Part shown: one piece after another, positions 58,938 through 64,000 of the stretch
Layout of the letters: every line of letters begins with the position of its first letter
Numbering within the stretch: the stretch's first letter is position 1
Source of the DNA: Macrostomum lignano
Lineage: Eukaryota
NCBI GenBank assembly: GCA_002269645.1
Contig: NIVC01000424.1
Location: 361,501-425,500 of the forward strand
Direction: 5' to 3'
Length of the DNA: 64,000 bases
Translations under genes and position numbers: made by a program
Notes under the pieces: model-generated
Seen by the model: only the letters and a program-made list of their open reading frames with translations
The model's database searches: none
What the model was told of the DNA's origin: nothing

Positions 58938-59495
58938 TTAGTTATTAACAGAGATTAAAAAATCCTTGACATGGTTAAGAATATTATTCAATTCATGAGT
59001 GTTTTGAACGCCCATAATAACAAACTTTTTCGAAAAAAATATGTTACAAAAAAGCCTTGGTTTTGATGCTGATCTAACAGAAACTGCTTGTGGGAAATTT
59101 TCTGCATCGTATCCAACCAGATAATTCGAATAGTAGCCTGCATATCTTTTTAGACTAGAGAAACCGAATTTTGGCCAAAGATGACCAATAAAGCCGACAT
59201 AGGTACTGCTCTGAATTTTTACTGAATCAAAATCTACACAATTAATAGTGTCGTTGATAAATCGTAAAACTGAGACTATCTGAGAATTTGATTTACAGCC
59301 ATATATAGTTAGTTTTCCTGCTGGATAAAGTTGGATTTTAGCATTTGAATAAATTGTCTTTAGCATTGTTGGTCGGCTTAGGAATAGTTTGCAAAACCGG
59401 TTTCTGGTCTGTAGCTTCTGTTTGGTCTGCTTTAAATCAAATTTTTCAAACGGGTGCAGCTTCAGACTCGCAGTAACTATTAATAGGACAAGTCG
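58938..59495 (-). CDS. TATA-binding-protein-like protein (185-aa open frame after a splice acceptor; first in-frame ATG 59366)
   Basis: Two TBP-like half-repeats: LIVTASL...FDLK...IQLYPAGKLTIYGCKS and VKIQS...YDAENFP...KPRLFCNIFFSKKFVIMG. Confidence 0.75.
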   Translation of the reverse strand, partial: RLVLLIVTASLKLHPFEKFDLKQTKQKLQTRNRFCKLFLSRPTMLKTIYSNAKIQLYPAGKLTIYGCKSNSQIVSVLRFINDTINCVDFDSVKIQSSTYVGFIGHLWPKFGFSSLKRYAGYYSNYLVGYDAENFPQAVSVRSASKPRLFCNIFFSKKFVIMGVQNTHELNNILNHVKDFLISVNN

Positions 59496-59705
59496 CTAAA
59501 ACGGAAAATAAATAATAAGAAAAGTTAAACATGACTATACTATCGTAAATTCTAATATTAAATTACAAAACCTGGTTAGCGTACAAGGAGTAGCAAAAAA
59601 TGTTTTGAGCTTTTCCCTAAAAAATAATATTTCCCTAGCCAAAAATTTGATAAATATAGTGGAATAAGTTAGTTAAAACTTGGATAAAATTAGTCAAAAA
59701 TTTTG

Positions 59706-60904
59706 TTACTCATCATCAGAGCTGCTGTACGAGTCGTCCGATGAAGACACGCTAGCTGTAGTAGCGTCCGCAGCAGCACGCTTTAAAAATGCTGTCTCCT
59801 TGGACGCTACCCTGGTTCCAGAGGCAGGTGTACTCACCAAGATCTTTGCTGGTGGAGCCTCCACCCAGTCTGTGCCATCTGCACCAGCTTCGGCAGAATT
59901 GTTTTGCTGTTTTGCACCGCTGCGTTTTCGAACTTGCTTTTTAGGCGGCGGTTCAATAGAGGCTGGCGCTGCATTCGATGTAGTCGACTTCTTCGATACG
60001 GTGGTGGTAGACCGACGCTTTGCAGGTGACTTGGCAGGTGTCACCTGGCTTGAATTCTGCAGGCTTTGTTCATTTGCTTCTTCTTGCTCACAGGTAGATG
60101 TTGGGGACGGACTCCTGCTTCTAATTGCTGACTTGGTCGCGGGTAGGTGTGCAAGCACTCCCTTGAACATGTCGAGGCGCTGCAACATGTTGTCGGAAGA
60201 TTCTATGAGTGTCAGAGAGCGCACAGCGAATGTAATGCGCCAGACGAGGCAGCCTTTTGGACAATACAAGCTCGTTGCTTGCACTGTCATTTGGTAGGTA
60301 CCGCTGACACCTTTGAAATCGGAAATGGACACCTCCTTCCCGTGTGGATGATCGTTGCTGATCCTGATTGTGGCACAAGGGTAAGCAGGCTTTATAGCCA
60401 GCCATTGTTGAGGCACAAACTCGAGGACGTCGTTAGCATGCTGATGAGCTGGTTTTGTTAGTCGTGCCAAGGGTCGAGCATCTTGAATCTCGTTCAACTT
60501 GACCGATAGACCTTTTTCGACTTGACTGCAAAACATTATATAAATTATGAATATAGTTTCCTAAAATTAATTGTATAAATTTAATATGGTGCTCACCGGA
60601 GAGAGTGGAAGAGTTCCTTATCGCAGCTGTCTGGATGAAATTGGACACTTACTGCGTCGCGAGAGTCGTGTCTGCAAGACGGATGATCGAGCTCTGGCCT
60701 TTCTGCGATTCCACGAAAAAGCTCCATTGGAGCCTTGGTTTGCAATATAATTGGGTACCATTTTGTACACTCGATTGATGGTTTCCACGCAATAGATCGA
60801 AACTGGCAGGACGAACCAGTCGTGGTTGTAGACTGCTCTCCAACGTAAAAAATCGGACTCGAGTCGGAGCGTACAATTGACTCCGTCTTGATGCAAGCTG
60901 CCAT
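59706..60904 (-). CDS. Spliced gene (exons 60904-60597, 60525-59706; 375 aa), putative OB-fold ssDNA-binding protein with acidic tail
   Basis: A 71-bp GTGAG...TTTTGCAG intron joins two ORFs in phase 2. PIILQT..., ELF..LRQVE, and the strand pattern TVQATSLYC...WRITFAVRSL resemble viral T7-gp2.5-like SSBs; C-terminus SSSDDE. Confidence 0.6.
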
Positions 60905-60982
60905 GTCTTACAAGCAATTGAATATAGTATTTCTTTTGCTGTAATGATTGAGCTCATGAAAAATTGACCATTTCGGGTCTTG

Positions 60983-60990
60983 TATTTATA
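60983..60990 (-). promoter_or_regulatory. Candidate TATA box (TATAAATA) upstream of the SSB-like gene
   Basis: Consensus match ~80 nt upstream of ATG 60904. Confidence 0.4.
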
Positions 60991-61589
60991 GCAAGCATTG
61001 CATGCTGTTTGTGAACTAGTAAACAAATTTAATTGTTGCGTGCTGATTAAGACATTGTTGCGTGCCAAAGGTGGCATAAGTTTCTAGGGTGGGTTGCATG
61101 ATTAGGTCTAATTTTACGCAAATGTAGGTTGATATTTTATAAAATAAAATTAATGAATCTTAGGCACACTAGTTATAAATTTGCAAGAGTAACACGATGG
61201 CAAGCGTTTAATAAGAAGACTGCTGGTTGCTGCTTCATTAGATTGGTTTTGTTCTCAAGTAGAATGTAATTAAAATATTTTGCGACTTGAAAAATTAGCA
61301 ATCTTGGATTTTAGAGTAAAAATAAGCTGCACGCGGTGCTATGAAATTAATTTATTGAAAGTTTTGCTTGCATGTTGGAATTTTTTAGCTCGCACGGTGA
61401 CAAGAGATTGCTTGAGTAACCTATATATAGAGTGTTACTTTTCAAACAGAAAAAGGTATAGTTGTAACTCAGCTTTTGCAGTCCTATATTGAGCAGAAGC
61501 TATATAGAGTTACACTATCATGCTGCGACGCGCAGCTTGTTGGGACTATAATGACTGCCGCTGCTATAACCGCATGCAGTCAGTGCAGT

Positions 61590-62335
61590 TGACACACAAA
61601 TGCTGTTTGGACTAAGCTAAATTACTGTGTTGAGACAGTTAAGCTGGACCACGGCTAAATCACTATTGATACGGTTAATTGCTACTAGACCCATGGCTAA
61701 ATCACTGTACGTTGAGACGGTTAAGCTGGACCACGACTAAATCGCTGTACGTTGAGACGGTGGTTAAGCTGGACCATGGTTATAAAACTGGACGGGTGGT
61801 TAAGCTGGACGACTACAGCTAAAATTACTGTTGAGTCAGTTATGCTAGACCACAGCAGCCAAATCACAGTTGAGGTAAAGCTGACCATAGCTAATTCTCA
61901 CTGTTGAGACGGGTGCTGCTGCTTGGCTCACAGCTAAATAACTGGACAGTTAAGCTAATCGGACTACAGCTAAATCCCTGTTGAGACAGTTGCCTGGACC
62001 ACAGCTAAAATCACTGTTGAGGCAGTTAAGTCTGGACAACAGCTAAAATTACTGTTGAGACAGTTAAGCCTTGACTATAGCTAAATCATCGTTGAGGTAG
62101 TTAAGCCTGGACTATAGCTAAATCACTGTTGATGCAGTTTTAAGCTAGACCACAGCTAAATCATACTGTGAGGCAAAAAAGCCGGACCACAGCTAAAAAC
62201 TGTTGAGGCAAAAGCTGGACCACAGCTAAATCATACTGTTGAGGCAAAAGCTGGACCACAGCTAAATCATACTGTTGAGGCAAAAGCTGGACCACAGCTA
62301 AATCATACTGTTGAGGCAAAAGCCAGACCATGGCT
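61590..62335. repeat. ~36-bp tandem array (GCTGGACCACAGCTAAATCATACTGTTGAGGCAAAA) inside the Polinton
   Basis: About 20 degenerate copies, most homogeneous at 62200-62330. Confidence 0.88.
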
Positions 62336-62587
62336 AAAGAAACGTATGAAAAAAAATTATTTGCATGGATTAATAATTTTTGTTTAATGATGACTGTACA
62401 AGATATTGACTTTATATTGAATTAAATAATTTCAATGAATGGCGAATAAAATTGAAAGAATTTTTTAGAATAATGAATTTATAGAGATTATATTATTGAT
62501 TACAGACTTGTTTGATATATACTAAAAGAGCAATTACTTGGACACATTGCTGGCAAAATTTTATGAAGAGTTAGAAAAAATGTCTTT

Positions 62588-63448
62588 TTAAGATAGGTCC
62601 CAATATTCAAATACTTGAGTTGTATTACAGGTCTTTGCTAATTCTACTTGGTAGAAGCCTGTGCTCATTTGAGAGACTTTTACAGACTTGATGTCCTTCT
62701 GTACAATAATTGGCGAGTTTAGCAGCGGTTGAACTTGGGTAGAAATAGCAATTGATGATGATGGTGTTTCAGTTGCTGTCGTTGGTTTGGTACTTGTAGG
62801 CTTACTGCAAGTTTGCTTTGTTGGGTCATTGTAGCTGGTTGGTGATGGTGGTGGTGGTGCATACTGCAGTTGGTCAGTTGGTCGTGGGTTCGATTGCTGC
62901 CTAATTGACTGAATAACATCAGTTCTTGTGTAAATGCGATCTAGCTCAGTTGTCTGTCTCTCGACATGAATCGAGGTTACTCTGGCGAGAGATGTAGAAT
63001 ATGATGCTCTTGCAGCAGAATTGGATGTGGTGGTGTCGTGGCAAATGCGTTTGCACTGATCTGGAGGTGGCCGCGTGAAGAAACCATTCTTGAATGCTAT
63101 AATAATGGATAAGATGAGGGAAATTTGGTATAGGTGCATGTATACAATGTATATAGAAACTGAACTAGCAGAGAATCAGTCTAAACAGAAACCGAACTAG
63201 CAGACAATCAATCTAGAAATTCTGAACTAGCAGAGTATTAGTCTAAACAGAAACCGAACTAGCAGAAATCAATCTAGAGACTGAACAAACAGAGGATCGG
63301 TCTAAACAGAAACCGAACTAACAATCAATCTAGAAACTAAACTATAGCGAACAGTCAATCTAAAAAAGAAAACTGAACTAGAGTAGGTGATTATCTTACC
63401 TTGTTTAACATAGCGCTCGGCCAATTCCTGCTGACGTGATCGCTTCAT
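62588..63448 (-). CDS. Probable spliced gene (exons 63448-63400, 63096-62588; 185 aa), Thr/Pro-rich, unknown function
   Basis: ATG...CAA G|GTAAGA donor and TTCCCTCATCTTATCCATTATTATAG| acceptor are both phase 1, giving MKRSRQQELAERYVKQAFKNGFFTRPPP. Confidence 0.55.
63155..63385. repeat. ~50-bp degenerate repeat (AAACAGAAACCGAACTAGCAGA...ATCAATCTAGA) within the predicted intron
   Basis: About 4 copies. Confidence 0.75.
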
Positions 63449-63903
63449 TTCACTTAAGATGTAAGTATAGTTGAACAAGTAGTATAATGTAAACTTGGTT
63501 TAAGTTATTTAATATTTTCTGTGTCAGTGTGTTCGTATATATATATATATAAAGAAGAAGCATGTTGACGCAGTTGTTGACATAGTATCTGTAAACCATC
63601 TGCTCAAGTTGGTGCAAAAATTCTATAGGCACTCAAGAATAGATCATTTACTATCTTTCTTCAAAAGGGTGATAATATTCACAAGTTTTCAATATTTCAA
63701 AAACACTTGAAATGTGTGAATAGCTTTGGAGTAAATTTGTCTTGAATGGAATCCTTTGAAGTGTGTTTGTGTCACCATTGCTAGAATCGGTTACTTGTAT
63801 TTTGGACAGGTGGATATGCAATTCGTCTGAATAATCACGTTGCGTAAAAGATATTTAGCGTGCACTTGGAATTTCAGACTGCGTGCACATGGAATTTCAG
63901 ACT

Positions 63904-64000
63904 GCGTGCACATGAAATTTCGGACTCTGCCATTTTTTTGGGCCTGTACTTACTATGTATTTCGCCATAAGGAAATCGGCTTTGTGTCAAAAAAACGTAT
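63904..64000. repeat. Right terminal inverted repeat of the Polinton (last 6 nt outside window)
   Basis: Reverse complement of 49238-49334; differs only in the innermost ~20 nt. Confidence 0.93.

Larger units (their letters stand above)
49232..64000 (-). mobile_element. Maverick/Polinton (adintovirus-like) endogenous virus, ~14.8 kb, pPolB-deficient; predicted right end 64006
   Basis: Left TIR 49232-49334 starts AGTAGT and matches the reverse complement of 63904-64000. Encodes INT, ATPase, MCP, mCP and protease, all on the minus strand. Confidence 0.95.

Noticed and set aside
60618-61077. ORFs 60618-60917 and 60649-61077
   Set aside because: Alternative frames over the SSB-like exon 1 and its AT-rich promoter; only the 60904 frame splices in phase.
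61590-62335. CRISPR-like array
   Set aside because: Units are contiguous degenerate repeats with no unique spacers, no cas genes, and a eukaryotic context. The same applies to all other arrays here.
63097-63139. Signal peptide suggesting a secreted mucin-like viral glycoprotein
   Set aside because: Better explained as an intron polypyrimidine tract; a phase-matched upstream exon exists. Not fully excluded.

Overview
Eukaryotic (invertebrate) genomic DNA. GC-rich exons are separated by minisatellite-filled introns; the style recalls Macrostomum-type flatworm DNA, but the species is not verifiable from sequence alone. 1-33.4 kb: six co-oriented minus-strand host genes (NPRL3 first exon, POLE3-like, IGHMBP2, USP5/13, a stand-alone duplicated ZnF-UBP ORF, NDUFAF6), with about 20 tandem arrays and two tRNA-headed SINE-like inserts. 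33.5-48.7 kb: AT-rich intergenic DNA with a 68-bp-stem hairpin, a young Ty3/Gypsy LTR element nested in a ~400-bp hAT MITE, and a second MITE. 49,232 to the window end (predicted terminus 64,006): a ~14.8-kb Maverick/Polinton (adintovirus-like) endogenous virus with ~100-bp near-identical TIRs starting AGTAGT, inserted in an ankyrin-repeat exon. It has an apparently intact virion and integration module: protease, major and minor capsid, packaging ATPase, chromo-integrase and PLA2. Its right arm is unusual: dUTPase, a TBP-like gene, a spliced SSB-like gene, a second spliced gene and a tandem array. Only a decayed N-terminal relic is left where the protein-primed polymerase should be. All family calls are from motif recognition by eye; no searches were run.
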